Source: Vibrio cholerae ATCC 14035
Lineage (GTDB): Bacteria; Pseudomonadota; Gammaproteobacteria; Enterobacterales; Vibrionaceae
Assembly: GCF_000621645.1 (NCBI RefSeq)
Contig: NZ_JHXR01000010.1
Location: 26,483 to 58,482, forward strand
Direction of reading: 5' to 3'
Length of the DNA: 32,000 bases
The notes beneath the pieces are model-generated. The model did not search any database and was not told where the DNA came from. It worked only from the letters and a program-made list of their open reading frames with translations. A program made the position numbers and the translations under genes. Below are positions 7,894 through 17,844 of this stretch, piece by piece (position 1 is the stretch's first letter; each line of letters begins with the position of its first letter).

Positions 7894-9312
7894 ATGGAAA
7901 ATTTTAAACACTTACCAGAACCTTTTCGTATTCGTGTTATTGAACCTGTTAAACGTACCACACGGGAATATCGTGAAAAGGCGATTTTAAATGCCGGAAT
8001 GAACCCCTTTTTGCTCGATAGTGAAGATGTATTTATTGACCTGCTCACCGACAGCGGCACTGGCGCTATCACGCAGGAGATGCAAGCCGCCATGTTCCGT
8101 GGTGATGAAGCCTACAGCGGCAGCCGCAGCTACCACGCACTCGCGAGAGCGGTTAAAGATATTTTTGGTTATGAATACACGATTCCAACCCACCAAGGTC
8201 GTGGTGCAGAGCAGATTTATATTCCTGTTTTGATTAAAAAGCGTGAAAAAGAGAAAGGACTCGATCGCAGTAAAATGGTCGCCCTATCTAACTACTTTTT
8301 CGATACCACTCAAGGCCATACCCAAATCAACTGCTGTGTTGCTAAAAACGTGTACACCGAAGAGGCATTTGATACCGGTGTTAAAGCCGATTTTAAAGGT
8401 AACTTCGACTTAGAAAAGCTCGAACAAGCCATCCTTGAAGCGGGCCCGGCAAACGTCCCATATATTGTCAGCACCATCACTTGTAACTCTGCGGGTGGCC
8501 AGCCGGTTTCGATCGCCAACTTAAAAGCCGTGTATGAGATTGCCCAGCGTTACGACATTCCCGTGATCATGGATTCTGCTCGTTTTGCTGAAAATGCGTA
8601 TTTTATTCAGCAACGTGAGCGCGATTACCGCAACTGGAGTATCGAAGAGATCACGCGTGAAGCTTACAAATACGCCGATGGACTCGCGATGTCGGCCAAA
8701 AAAGATGCCATGGTGCAAATGGGCGGTTTACTCTGCTTCAAAGACGAAAGCTTCTTTGACGTATACACCGAATGCCGAACCCTGTGTTTGGTGCAAGAAG
8801 GCTTCCCTACATACGGTGGCTTAGAAGGCGGTGCGATGGAGCGGTTGGCGGTTGGCTTATATGACGGTATGCGCCAAGATTGGCTCGCTTATCGCATTAA
8901 CCAAGTGGAGTATCTGGTCAATGGTTTAGAAGCGATTGGGGTTATTTGCCAACAAGCTGGCGGCCATGCTGCGTTTGTCGATGCGGGTAAACTGCTGCCT
9001 CACATCCCAGCAGATCAATTCCCTGCTCACGCTTTAGCTTGTGAACTCTATAAAGTCGCAGGCATTCGCGCAGTAGAAATTGGTTCACTCCTGCTTGGCC
9101 GTGATCCTGCAACCGGAAAACAGCATCCTTGCCCAGCCGAATTGCTCCGTTTAACCATTCCACGCGCGACTTATACGCAAACACACATGGATTTCATCAT
9201 CGAAGCATTTGAGAAGGTGAAAGCCAATGCTCGTAACGTCAAAGGATTGGAGTTTACTTACGAGCCACCCGTGCTACGCCACTTTACGGCTCGCTTAAAA
9301 GAAAAAGCCTAA
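7894..9312 (+). CDS. tnaA: Tryptophanase (tryptophan indole-lyase)
   Basis: 472 aa from ATG 7894 (AGGAA SD). Begins [18 protein letters not shown] like enterobacterial TnaA. The PLP-lysine region is ..[10 protein letters not shown]... The track start at 7855 is an upstream extension. Confidence 0.95.
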   Translation: MENFKHLPEPFRIRVIEPVKRTTREYREKAILNAGMNPFLLDSEDVFIDLLTDSGTGAITQEMQAAMFRGDEAYSGSRSYHALARAVKDIFGYEYTIPTHQGRGAEQIYIPVLIKKREKEKGLDRSKMVALSNYFFDTTQGHTQINCCVAKNVYTEEAFDTGVKADFKGNFDLEKLEQAILEAGPANVPYIVSTITCNSAGGQPVSIANLKAVYEIAQRYDIPVIMDSARFAENAYFIQQRERDYRNWSIEEITREAYKYADGLAMSAKKDAMVQMGGLLCFKDESFFDVYTECRTLCLVQEGFPTYGGLEGGAMERLAVGLYDGMRQDWLAYRINQVEYLVNGLEAIGVICQQAGGHAAFVDAGKLLPHIPADQFPAHALACELYKVAGIRAVEIGSLLLGRDPATGKQHPCPAELLRLTIPRATYTQTHMDFIIEAFEKVKANARNVKGLEFTYEPPVLRHFTARLKEKA

Positions 9313-9329
9313 TACGGTATTGAAAAAGT

Positions 9330-9355
9330 GCAGCCTGCATAGGCTGCCTTTTTTT
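9330..9355 (+). terminator. Rho-independent terminator/attenuator between tnaA and tnaB
   Basis: Stem GCAGCCT / AGGCTGC with loop GCAT, followed by C and a T7 run. Confidence 0.8.
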
Positions 9356-9411
9356 GACCTGAAAAACATAACAACAAAATCAACAATAACGTGAAACCCA
9401 AGGATTTTATC

Positions 9412-10626
9412 ATGTCGAAACAACCCTCACTGTTTGGGGGAGCCTGCATTATTGCCAGCGTCTGCGTAGGTGCTGGTATGCTTGGTCTCCCCAGCGCAGG
9501 TGCCGGAGCATGGACTCTCTGGTCTATGTTGGCGCTCGCTTTAACCATGGCGGTCATGACGCTTTCAGGCTGGATGCTACTTGAAGCCTTTAAACACTAT
9601 GATCTTCGAGTCTCGTTTAATACCGTGACCAAAGATATGCTAGGCAACCATATCAATCGCTTTAACAACCTGACCGTTTACTTTGTCGGTGGCATTTTGT
9701 TGTACGCCTACATCACCTCTTCTGGTTTGATTTTGCAGGATTTACTGCATATTAATAGCAAAATAGCCTCGATACTGTTCGTGGCGGTATTTTCCGCTTT
9801 CGTTTGGCATTCGACTCGCGCAGTGGATCGCATCTCAGTTATTTTGATCGTATTTATGGTTCTGAGTTTTATTTTTGGTGTTTCAGGATTAGCGATCAAT
9901 GTGAAAACATCCATCCTATTTGACACCCTAAATCAAAGTGGTGAGTACGCTCCTTATGCGATGGCAATGCTGCCCGTTGCGCTGACCTCGTTTGGTTATC
10001 ATCACTCCGTTTCATCCATGCGTGCCTATTACGGCGAAGAGCGCAAAGCCAAGTACGCGATTTTGGGAGGCACAGTGATTGCGCTAAGTCTTTATGCGCT
10101 TTGGCTATTTAGCATTTTTGGCAATTTACCTCGTGCCGATTTTGCGCCTGTCATACAGCAAGGTGGGAATGTGGATGTGCTTTTAAAAGCCTTAGGTTCG
10201 GTGGTGGAGTCGGAGAAAGTCTCACAAGCGATCAACGCCTTTTCGATGGCCGCAATCCTATCTTCCTTTATCGGCGTTGGCTTAGGCGTATTTGATTTTC
10301 TGGCCGATTTATTTCAGTTCAGCAACTGTAAACAAGGGCGTACCAAAACTTGGCTGGTCACCTTTTTGCCGCCTCTCATTCTCTCTTTGCTGTTCCCATT
10401 CGGCTTTATCATTGCGATCGGTTACGCAGGCGCAGCCGCCACTATTTGGGCCTGTATTATCCCAGTACTGCTTGCGCGTAAATCGCGCACTTTAGCCAAT
10501 GGTGCGCAGGGGTTTGTCGTACCGGGAGGCAATCTAGCTCTTGGACTTGTTCTGATTTTTGGTGTGCTTACCGCGGTTTTTCATATGATGGCGATGGCCA
10601 ATTTGTTACCTGCGTTTAAGGGATAA
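9412..10626 (+). CDS. tnaB: Tryptophan-specific permease (HAAAP family, TnaB/Mtr type)
   Basis: 404 aa from ATG 9412 (AAGGA 7 nt upstream). Polytopic membrane protein. The N-terminus ..GGACIIASVCVGAGMLGLP.. is typical of aromatic amino acid permeases. Position downstream of tnaA supports the call. Confidence 0.85.
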   Translation: MSKQPSLFGGACIIASVCVGAGMLGLPSAGAGAWTLWSMLALALTMAVMTLSGWMLLEAFKHYDLRVSFNTVTKDMLGNHINRFNNLTVYFVGGILLYAYITSSGLILQDLLHINSKIASILFVAVFSAFVWHSTRAVDRISVILIVFMVLSFIFGVSGLAINVKTSILFDTLNQSGEYAPYAMAMLPVALTSFGYHHSVSSMRAYYGEERKAKYAILGGTVIALSLYALWLFSIFGNLPRADFAPVIQQGGNVDVLLKALGSVVESEKVSQAINAFSMAAILSSFIGVGLGVFDFLADLFQFSNCKQGRTKTWLVTFLPPLILSLLFPFGFIIAIGYAGAAATIWACIIPVLLARKSRTLANGAQGFVVPGGNLALGLVLIFGVLTAVFHMMAMANLLPAFKG

Positions 10627-10821
10627 CGTCAAAAACAACCCCATCAATACAAAGAAGCCGTAGCGAAACAATTTCTTACGTATCGCCGCGGCTTCCCTAT
10701 TTTATAGCGCAGACAAGCATATCGATGAGATCTAATCTCAGCATTACATAAACCCTTACAATTACTCGCTATGACATAGGCCAGCAATATGACTAATCTT
10801 TAATCAACCAAGGAGCTGGCT

Positions 10822-11763
10822 ATGAAAAAATTTAAGAATATCTTATTTGCAACTCAAGGCTTACCCGGACACAGTGACGCGTTGGAGCAAGCGATTCAAC
10901 TTGCTTACAATAACCGCGGTCAACTTGCTGGTTTGATTGCATTTCCAGCATTTCCTGCCGATCTACAACGCTATCAAGAACCCTACGAGCAATCCTATCT
11001 GAACACTTTGATGGAAACCGTAGAGGCGTGCCGTTCACAGCACCACATCCATAAAGATGAGGTTCCTTTTCCTTTAATGGTTAAGCACAGCGAGCAACCC
11101 GCGGTCGCGATTATTAAGTCGGCACTCAACCATCATATCGATCTGTTGATCAAAGAAGCGGAACCTATGACTCATAGTCAGCAAGGTTTTAAAGCTTTGG
11201 ATATGACACTGCTGAGAAAATGCCCTTGCCCGGTTTGGTTGCATCGCCCGTTAGCCAAGCCAAAAGCCAATCGGCGTGTTGCGGTGGCTATCGACCCTAT
11301 CACCACGACCGAGCAGCAAAAGGCCCTAGCATTGCGTTTACTCGAATTATCACGCTCAATTGCCAACACGTGTGACAGTCGCCTGCATATTGTTTCCTGC
11401 TGGGAGTACTATTTAGAAAACTATCTGCATGATCAGGTATGGATTCAAGTTGAGCAGCAGCAAATCGCAGAAGAAATCGCACAAGCAAAAATCAGACATG
11501 AGCAAGCCTTACGTCAACTGATTGATGAATCAGGCATTACAGGCGAGTTGGTGATACACCATCTACACGGTAAACCCGATGAACTGATCCCCGAATGGGT
11601 CACGGCAGAGAATATCGACATTCTAGTGATGGGGACTCTCGCTAGAACCGGTATTGCAGGCTTTGTGATTGGCAATACGGCAGAAAACATCGTTCAGTCG
11701 ATTGAGTGCTCTTTAGTCGCTCTTAAACCAGAAGGATTCGTTTCGCCGATCAAAAACGAGTAA
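10822..11763 (+). CDS. uspE: Universal stress protein E (tandem Usp domains)
   Basis: 313 aa. Matches remembered E. coli UspE blocks (LLRKCPCPVW; VMGTLARTGIAGFVIGNTAENIV...LVALKP). AAGGAG SD. Confidence 0.8.
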   Translation: MKKFKNILFATQGLPGHSDALEQAIQLAYNNRGQLAGLIAFPAFPADLQRYQEPYEQSYLNTLMETVEACRSQHHIHKDEVPFPLMVKHSEQPAVAIIKSALNHHIDLLIKEAEPMTHSQQGFKALDMTLLRKCPCPVWLHRPLAKPKANRRVAVAIDPITTTEQQKALALRLLELSRSIANTCDSRLHIVSCWEYYLENYLHDQVWIQVEQQQIAEEIAQAKIRHEQALRQLIDESGITGELVIHHLHGKPDELIPEWVTAENIDILVMGTLARTGIAGFVIGNTAENIVQSIECSLVALKPEGFVSPIKNE

Positions 11764-11837
11764 GTAATGCCACATTGGGTCAACCGACCTTCATCTGTTG
11801 GCTAGACCGTTGTGATCCTTAGTCTAAGGAGGATGTG

Positions 11838-12035
11838 ATGAAAAAGTTCTGCCCACACTGCCACTGTGAAATGTTGGAGCGTGCCAACCTCTATATCTGC
11901 CCAAGAAATGCGATCGGTGATTGTGTTTACGACGCCATGCTCACGAATGAGCTACCGCTCGTCAGCCTGCCTTTTGACTCAGAACGCAGCCATTTTGATG
12001 AGCGACCTACACCCTTTGACTCACAATCAAAGTAG
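11838..12035 (+). CDS. Small Cys-rich hypothetical protein (possible zinc ribbon: CPHCHC ... CPRNAIGDC)
   Basis: Strong SD TAAGGAGG (11826-11832) upstream of ATG 11838. 65 aa. No family recognised. Confidence 0.45.
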   Translation: MKKFCPHCHCEMLERANLYICPRNAIGDCVYDAMLTNELPLVSLPFDSERSHFDERPTPFDSQSK

Positions 12036-12115
12036 ATCATGCGTCACGCTTCCACCAACGAACTCGACGCTATCAACAATTAGCCTATACTTTTCAAAGT
12101 AGTAGATACCTGTAC

Positions 12116-12151
12116 CCGCTCAGGACGTCGCAACAAGGACGCACTGAGCGG
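12116..12151 (+). other. Extended hairpin in the leader upstream of mrpA
   Basis: CCGCTCAG (12116-12123) pairs with CTGAGCGG (12144-12151). An inner CGTC/GACG pairing is also possible. No U-tract follows. Confidence 0.4.
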
Positions 12152-12181
12152 CGTTAATATGACATCGAAGAGGCTGCCATC

Positions 12182-14857
12182 TTGAAGACAGGACTCGATA
12201 AGCATACATCCCTCACCCCAAATACAGTGTCGGCGAGATTACTTCCTTTCGCCGTTTTACCCATCCTTCTATTTGGGTGGGTGTTTTATTGGCATCAAAC
12301 CGGTGGTAACGCTTGGCAAGTCACTTGGGTTCCTGGGCTGGATCTGAATCTCAGTTTCCGACTTGACGGGCTCTCTTTTCTTTTTGCCTCGTTGATCACA
12401 GGCATCGGTGCCTTGATTCAAATCTATGCCCTCGCTTACATGAAAGAGAAAGCGGCGCGCTTCTCATTTCATCTCTACCTCACTCTCTTCATGCTCGCCA
12501 TGCTTGGCGTGGTGGTAAGCGACAATATTTTACTGCTGTTCATCTTCTGGGAACTGACCACCATCACTTCCTATCTGCTGATTGGTTTTAATCATGACAA
12601 ACCAGTCTCACGCAAAAATGCCCTACAGTCACTTTTAGTCACGGGGGCCGGAGGACTCGCGCTGTTAGCCGGACTGATTTTACTTGGCTTGATGGCCAAT
12701 AGTTATCAAATCAGCGTCATCATTGAACACGCGGATCACATCGCGCAACATCCGTGGTTTATGCCTTCGCTGATTTTAGTTTTACTCGGTGCATTCACTA
12801 AATCTGCGCAATTTCCATTCCATTTCTGGTTACCCAATGCCATGGCCGCACCGACACCGGTGAGCGCTTACTTGCATTCAGCGACCATGGTTAAGGCTGG
12901 AATCTATCTTTTGGCCCGCTTATCACCGATTTATGCCAGTAGTGATTTTTGGTTCTACTGCTTAACCATTGTGGGCGCGGTAACGGCACTTTGGTGCGCG
13001 CTACTGGCGTTCAAGCAAACCGATCTAAAACTGATGTTGGCCTACAGCACCAATGTTGCGTTAGGCAAATTGACCCTGCTGCTGGGATTAGGTACCGAGG
13101 TCGCGCTGACCGCTGCTGTGTTGTTTATTTTCGCCCACTCATTTTACAAAGCCGCACTCTTTATGGTGGTCGGCAATATTGATAAAGCGACGGGCACTCG
13201 AGAGCGAGAAAAGCTCGGCAACTTAAAATCCGTCTTGCTGCTGAGCCTTATTGCTGCGGTTATTGCCGCTTTATCCAAATCCGGTGTTGCGCCTATGCTC
13301 GGATTTTTGAGCAAGGAGTACATGTACAAATCCAGTGTGGAATCTGGCATTGCGTGGATTTCGCTGGTCTTATTACTGATTAATGCGCTGATGGTGGCGT
13401 TAGCCATCGCACTACTTTACAAACCCTTTTTTGGCCAAGCGACCAAGGAGAGTGAAAGCCACCCACCCAAAGCGATCGAACAGAAAAAATCCCTTTGGCT
13501 ACCTGCGATGGGATTGGCTATCGCCAGTTTCCTACTGCCTGTTTTTGCCCTGGATTGGATTAACCAGCATTTAGTCATACCAGCAGTCATGGCGATGGAT
13601 CCAAACAGCGTTCCACAAGCCGCAAAATTATGGCAAGGCTTCAATATCCCGCTGGCTTTGAGTGGTATCACGCTTGTGTTAGGGGGCGTGCTGTATCTGA
13701 ACTACGCAACCCTAGTCACATGGCTCACGCGCCTAGTGAAGCCGCTGCCCAAAGCTGAGCAAATGTTTGATGCCGTGCTGGCTTATTTAGCGACATTGGC
13801 AAGCTGGCAAACGCAAATGCTGCAACAAAAACGCTCAAGCGGTTATATGCTGCTATTTTTTGCCGTTTTAGCCTTAATACTGCTCTATCAGCCGCTACCT
13901 TTACCAGCCACTTTCAGCGCCTCGCTGTTTGATGTTCATTTTTATGAAGTCGCAATTGCGCTCGCACTCATCGCTTCTGCGCTGTTGTGTGTGCTGAGCA
14001 CGTCTCGTTTGCTGTCGGTATTAGCGCTCGGCATGGCTGGATTTATGACGACGCTGGTCTTTATGATTTACAGCGCTCCTGATGTTGCCAAAACCCTTTT
14101 GCTGGTCGAAACACTGATGGTGGTGTTTGTGGTGCTTTTGATGCGTCATATGCCCTACTTGTCGACGGTCGCTCGCCATTCTGTAGCGCGTCGCACATTG
14201 AATGCGGTGATAGCCAGTGTGATTGGCGCATCCGTAACCTTAATCCTGCTCAATATCACAGCGCATCCTATCGATACCACTTTGTCTGACTATTTTGCGC
14301 AGCAGAGCGTTCCCGGCGGTCATGGCCGCAACATCGTCAATGTCATTTTGGTCGATTTTCGTGCCTTTGATACCTTGGGAGAAGTCATTGTGGTCATCAT
14401 GGCGAGCCTTGTCGCGATTAGCCTCTTACCCAAACGAACCGAGCAACCACAGAAGATTCATTCTCTAATCTTTGCCACTACCGCACATATTGTGACTGCC
14501 TTGATGCTGATGTTTTCCCTCTATCTACTGCTGAGAGGACACAATGCTCCCGGCGGCGGCTTTATCGGCGCATTGATCGCGGTGATCGGCTTTTCGCTGC
14601 TCCTCTTCGCCGAATCGCCCCAATACGTGAGAGATCGTCTCCACTTCTCGCCACTCAATATTGCCCTGTTTGGCATTCTGCTCAGTTTTATGGCAGGAGC
14701 CATGAGTGTCGCGGTCGGTTTACCTTTCCTAACTGGATTATGGTGGAAAGAAATTTTACCGCTTGGCACCCCACTGCTCTTTGATGTCGGCATCTATCTG
14801 GCGATCATCGGCGGTGTCATGAGCATGTTGCTGCGCGTTAAGGAGGAACTCGACTAA
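12182..14857 (+). CDS. mrpA: Mrp/Mnh Na+(K+)/H+ antiporter subunit A fused to subunit B
   Basis: 891 aa polytopic protein with the NuoL/MrpA-like core (..WELTTITSYLLIGF.., ..KSAQFPFHFWLPNAMAAPTPVSAYLHSATMVKAG..). The C-terminal extension is MrpB-like. The TTG start at 12182 is uncertain; GTG 12227 is possible. Confidence 0.85.
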   Translation: MKTGLDKHTSLTPNTVSARLLPFAVLPILLFGWVFYWHQTGGNAWQVTWVPGLDLNLSFRLDGLSFLFASLITGIGALIQIYALAYMKEKAARFSFHLYLTLFMLAMLGVVVSDNILLLFIFWELTTITSYLLIGFNHDKPVSRKNALQSLLVTGAGGLALLAGLILLGLMANSYQISVIIEHADHIAQHPWFMPSLILVLLGAFTKSAQFPFHFWLPNAMAAPTPVSAYLHSATMVKAGIYLLARLSPIYASSDFWFYCLTIVGAVTALWCALLAFKQTDLKLMLAYSTNVALGKLTLLLGLGTEVALTAAVLFIFAHSFYKAALFMVVGNIDKATGTREREKLGNLKSVLLLSLIAAVIAALSKSGVAPMLGFLSKEYMYKSSVESGIAWISLVLLLINALMVALAIALLYKPFFGQATKESESHPPKAIEQKKSLWLPAMGLAIASFLLPVFALDWINQHLVIPAVMAMDPNSVPQAAKLWQGFNIPLALSGITLVLGGVLYLNYATLVTWLTRLVKPLPKAEQMFDAVLAYLATLASWQTQMLQQKRSSGYMLLFFAVLALILLYQPLPLPATFSASLFDVHFYEVAIALALIASALLCVLSTSRLLSVLALGMAGFMTTLVFMIYSAPDVAKTLLLVETLMVVFVVLLMRHMPYLSTVARHSVARRTLNAVIASVIGASVTLILLNITAHPIDTTLSDYFAQQSVPGGHGRNIVNVILVDFRAFDTLGEVIVVIMASLVAISLLPKRTEQPQKIHSLIFATTAHIVTALMLMFSLYLLLRGHNAPGGGFIGALIAVIGFSLLLFAESPQYVRDRLHFSPLNIALFGILLSFMAGAMSVAVGLPFLTGLWWKEILPLGTPLLFDVGIYLAIIGGVMSMLLRVKEELD

Positions 14858-15210
14858 TGGAAGGATTATGGAGCATTGTTGTCGGTGTTTTTGTCGCCGC
14901 CGGTATCTACTTAATGCTAGAGCGACACTTACTGCGCTTATTGTTTGGCCTGATCCTCCTCAGTAGTGCGGTGAACTTGGCCATTTTTACCGCAGGACGC
15001 TTAACCCCCGCCTCACCACCATTAATTGAGGTAGGAGCCTTGTTACCAGCGGAAGGTGCGGCGAACCCGCTGCCACAAGCCCTGATTTTAACCGCCATTG
15101 TGATCGGTTTTGGCTTACTGGTTTTTGCTTTGATGTTGTTTTACCGAGCTTATTTTGAGACTCGCAGCGCGGACGTCGATGAGATGCGTCGCTCAGAGGA
15201 GGAAGAATGA
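14857..15210 (+). CDS. mrpC: Mrp antiporter subunit C (NuoK-like)
   Basis: 117 aa with 3 TM segments. TAATG overlap with mrpA and AAGGAGG SD. Confidence 0.85.
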   Translation: MEGLWSIVVGVFVAAGIYLMLERHLLRLLFGLILLSSAVNLAIFTAGRLTPASPPLIEVGALLPAEGAANPLPQALILTAIVIGFGLLVFALMLFYRAYFETRSADVDEMRRSEEEE

Positions 15211-16703
15211 CCGCGATTGGGTTGACCTTACCCGTTGTGATCTCACTGCTCACCGCAGTTGCGATCTTTTTAGCGGGGCGTAATCGTTGGCTGACCAACG
15301 GTTTGAGTGTGATCTGCAGTGTCATCAATCTCTTTACTGGCGCTCTACTCACGATCACCATTTACACTCATGGCCCAGCATCTATTGCCTTTGGGCAATG
15401 GCCAGCCCCCTTTGGCATCGTTTTTGTCGCTGATTTATTGAGCGTCGGTATGGTCATGGTGACGGCCATTATTGGTTTGGTTAGCGTTATCTATGCGATT
15501 GCCGATTTAAGCGCCAAACTCTCATACGCGCGCTACCACGCACTGTTGCATGTTCTACTGGCTGGTGTGTATGGCGCTTTCTTAACGGGGGATATTTTCA
15601 ACCTTTATGTCTGGTTTGAAGTCATGCTGATCGCTTCTTTCGGCTTGATGGTGTTGGATGCAAACCAGCAGCAAATCGATGGCGCCATCAAATATGTGCT
15701 GCTCAATCTTATCTCTACCTTGGTGTTTTTACTTTCGATAGGACTGCTTTACGGTGCCACAGGAACCTTAAACCTCGCAGATTTACATGACAAAGCTCAA
15801 TCCCTCGCTCCTGAGATGAAAACCATGCTCGCTGGATTGCTATTGTTCGCGTTTTCTATCAAAGCAGCGCTGTTTCCTCTGTTTGCTTGGCTACCGGCGT
15901 CTTATCACACCTTGCCGAGCGCCATTGTTGCCCTGTTTGCTGCTTTACTCACCAAAGTCGGTGTCTACGCTTTGCTGCGGGTCTTCACTCTGGTGTTTCC
16001 GCTCGATGGCAGTGGTTGGCAACCGGTTCTACTGGGGATTGCGGCGCTGACCATGCTCACTGGCGTACTCGGTGCAGCAAGCCAATATGACATTAAAAAA
16101 ATCCTTTCTTTTCATATCATTAGCCAAATTGGCTACATGATTATGGGACTGGCCATTTATACTCCTTTGGCCATCACAGGGGCGATTTTTTATGTTATTC
16201 ACCATATCTTAGTAAAGGGGAACCTATTTCTGATTGGTGGCCTGATTGGCAGAAAGTACGGCACTACACAATTGACGCAGCTCGGCGGAGTCTATCGCGC
16301 CATGCCCTGGCTTACCTTTGGCTTCTTACTCGCCGCCTTCTCTTTGGCGGGCTTCCCTCCTCTGTCGGGGTTTTGGGGCAAGTTTCTAGTCATCAAAGCG
16401 AGTTTGGCTGCTGAGCTGTATTGGCTTGCCGCAATTGCGCTATTGGTTGGCCTGCTAACGATTTTCTCGATGACCAAAATTTGGAATGAAGTGTTTTGGA
16501 AAGATGCTCCTGCCGCTCTACCGCAGGAGACGTTAGCCCGCTCAACACTCGGTCTTTATGCACTGCCGATCCTCGTGCTCACTCTGTTTAGCCTAGTGAT
16601 TGGTTTGGCTGCGCAGCCGTTTTACCAATTTGCAACCTTAGCGGCAGAACAATTATTAACGCCAACCGCTTATATCCATGCTGTTTTGGGAGGCTCAAAA
16701 TGA
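15207..16703 (+). CDS. mrpD: Mrp antiporter subunit D (NuoM/N-like)
   Basis: 498 aa polytopic protein. ATGA overlap with mrpC. Confidence 0.88.
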   Translation: MTAIGLTLPVVISLLTAVAIFLAGRNRWLTNGLSVICSVINLFTGALLTITIYTHGPASIAFGQWPAPFGIVFVADLLSVGMVMVTAIIGLVSVIYAIADLSAKLSYARYHALLHVLLAGVYGAFLTGDIFNLYVWFEVMLIASFGLMVLDANQQQIDGAIKYVLLNLISTLVFLLSIGLLYGATGTLNLADLHDKAQSLAPEMKTMLAGLLLFAFSIKAALFPLFAWLPASYHTLPSAIVALFAALLTKVGVYALLRVFTLVFPLDGSGWQPVLLGIAALTMLTGVLGAASQYDIKKILSFHIISQIGYMIMGLAIYTPLAITGAIFYVIHHILVKGNLFLIGGLIGRKYGTTQLTQLGGVYRAMPWLTFGFLLAAFSLAGFPPLSGFWGKFLVIKASLAAELYWLAAIALLVGLLTIFSMTKIWNEVFWKDAPAALPQETLARSTLGLYALPILVLTLFSLVIGLAAQPFYQFATLAAEQLLTPTAYIHAVLGGSK

Positions 16704-17176
16704 TTTATCTCTTCCTCAACCTCTTTCTTGCCACAGCGTGGATGCTGCTCAATGGTGACTACTCCAGCTTGCAATTCTTATTGGGATTCGTGGTGGGTTT
16801 TTGGGCATTGCGCCTCAGCCAGCCATTTGGCTTAAAAACCACTTACTTTCGCCGTTTTAGAGCCATCACCACTTTAATTCTCTATTTCATCTACGAGATG
16901 GTCGTCTCTGTCGCACGAGTCGCATGGGATGTCGTGACGCCAAAGCATCTGAGCGATCCTGATATTGTCTACGTGCCATTAGATGCCCGCAGCGATCTTG
17001 AGATTACCCTTTTGGCCAACATGGTTTCGCTCACTCCCGGCACTTTAAGTCTCGATGTTAGCGAAGATAGACAATATTTGATCGTTCACGCGATGTTTGC
17101 GCCAGAGCACCAAGCGGTGATCAACGACATCAAAAATGGTCTTGAAAAACGGATACTGGAGGTCACTCGTGGATAA
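16700..17176 (+). CDS. mrpE: Mrp antiporter subunit E
   Basis: 158 aa. ATGA overlap with mrpD. Assigned from operon position and size. Confidence 0.8.
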   Translation: MIYLFLNLFLATAWMLLNGDYSSLQFLLGFVVGFWALRLSQPFGLKTTYFRRFRAITTLILYFIYEMVVSVARVAWDVVTPKHLSDPDIVYVPLDARSDLEITLLANMVSLTPGTLSLDVSEDRQYLIVHAMFAPEHQAVINDIKNGLEKRILEVTRG

Positions 17177-17447
17177 TTCATTACCGCTGGCGATTCACTT
17201 CGCCTATCTAGGACTTTTGCTTAGCTTGGCAATGGCGTTTATCCGCTTAGTGTTAGGCCCATCGCTCGCCGATCGCGTGGTGGCTCTCGATTTAATTTCC
17301 TTTATCACCATAGGCTTTATTGTCGTTTATAGCTTAGACAGTGGTCAGCAAACGCTATTGGATATTGCCTTAACCCTAGGCTTAGTGGCTTTCCTTGGCA
17401 CCATAGCATTTGCACGATTTATCGCTAAACGAAAAGGAGAACTTTAA
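17169..17447 (+). CDS. mrpF: Mrp antiporter subunit F
   Basis: GTG 17169 lies 6 nt after GGAGG (17158-17162), giving 92 aa, typical of MrpF. The track start at 17136 lacks an SD. Confidence 0.75.
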   Translation: MDNSLPLAIHFAYLGLLLSLAMAFIRLVLGPSLADRVVALDLISFITIGFIVVYSLDSGQQTLLDIALTLGLVAFLGTIAFARFIAKRKGEL

Positions 17448-17770
17448 TGTCGATGTTAGCGGCCCTCTTACTGGTTCTCGGCACCTTATTCACGCTATTT
17501 GCGAGCCTAGGCATTTTGCGCATGCCCGATCTCTATACTCGCATGCACGCCGCCACCAAAGCCGGTACCGCAGGCTTGTCTCTATTGCTCCTTGCTGTCG
17601 CGCTCTGTATGCCTGAGATTGGCGTAATATCACGACTGGTTGGCATCATGCTGTTTATTTTTCTGACCGCTCCCGTTGCGGCTCATTTACTGGGTAAAGT
17701 CACACAACAAGCCGGCTATGCTTTCTGGCGTAATCAAGACGCGGCCAAACAGAAAAAGGCGCAGAAGTAG
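17447..17770 (+). CDS. mrpG: Mrp antiporter subunit G
   Basis: 107 aa. TAATG overlap with mrpF and AAGGAG SD. 3 TM segments. Confidence 0.82.
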   Translation: MSMLAALLLVLGTLFTLFASLGILRMPDLYTRMHAATKAGTAGLSLLLLAVALCMPEIGVISRLVGIMLFIFLTAPVAAHLLGKVTQQAGYAFWRNQDAAKQKKAQK

Positions 17771-17844
17771 TTTGCTGCCTATCCATCTCTTCCAGCCAGT
17801 GATGGCCTTGCCACTACTGCTCATCACTCATCCGTTCGAAAGCC

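Noticed and set aside
9309-9557. 82-aa minus-strand ORF spanning the tnaA-tnaB junction
   Set aside because: It overlaps the terminator and the start of tnaB in antisense, and has no SD or family resemblance.
10654-10695. Interrupted stem GAAGCCG...CGGCTTC downstream of tnaB as a terminator
   Set aside because: The 28-nt loop has only patchy internal pairing and a weak T-tract (cctatttta). It is plausible but not well enough supported to list as a feature.
11866-12102. 78-aa alternative-frame ORF overlapping the small Cys-rich ORF
   Set aside because: It lacks an SD, whereas the overlapping frame starts right after TAAGGAGG.
17771-17844. Expected terminator between the convergent mrpG and the NOX-like gene
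   Set aside because: Only 4-bp complementarities were found, and no convincing hairpin or T-tract is present.
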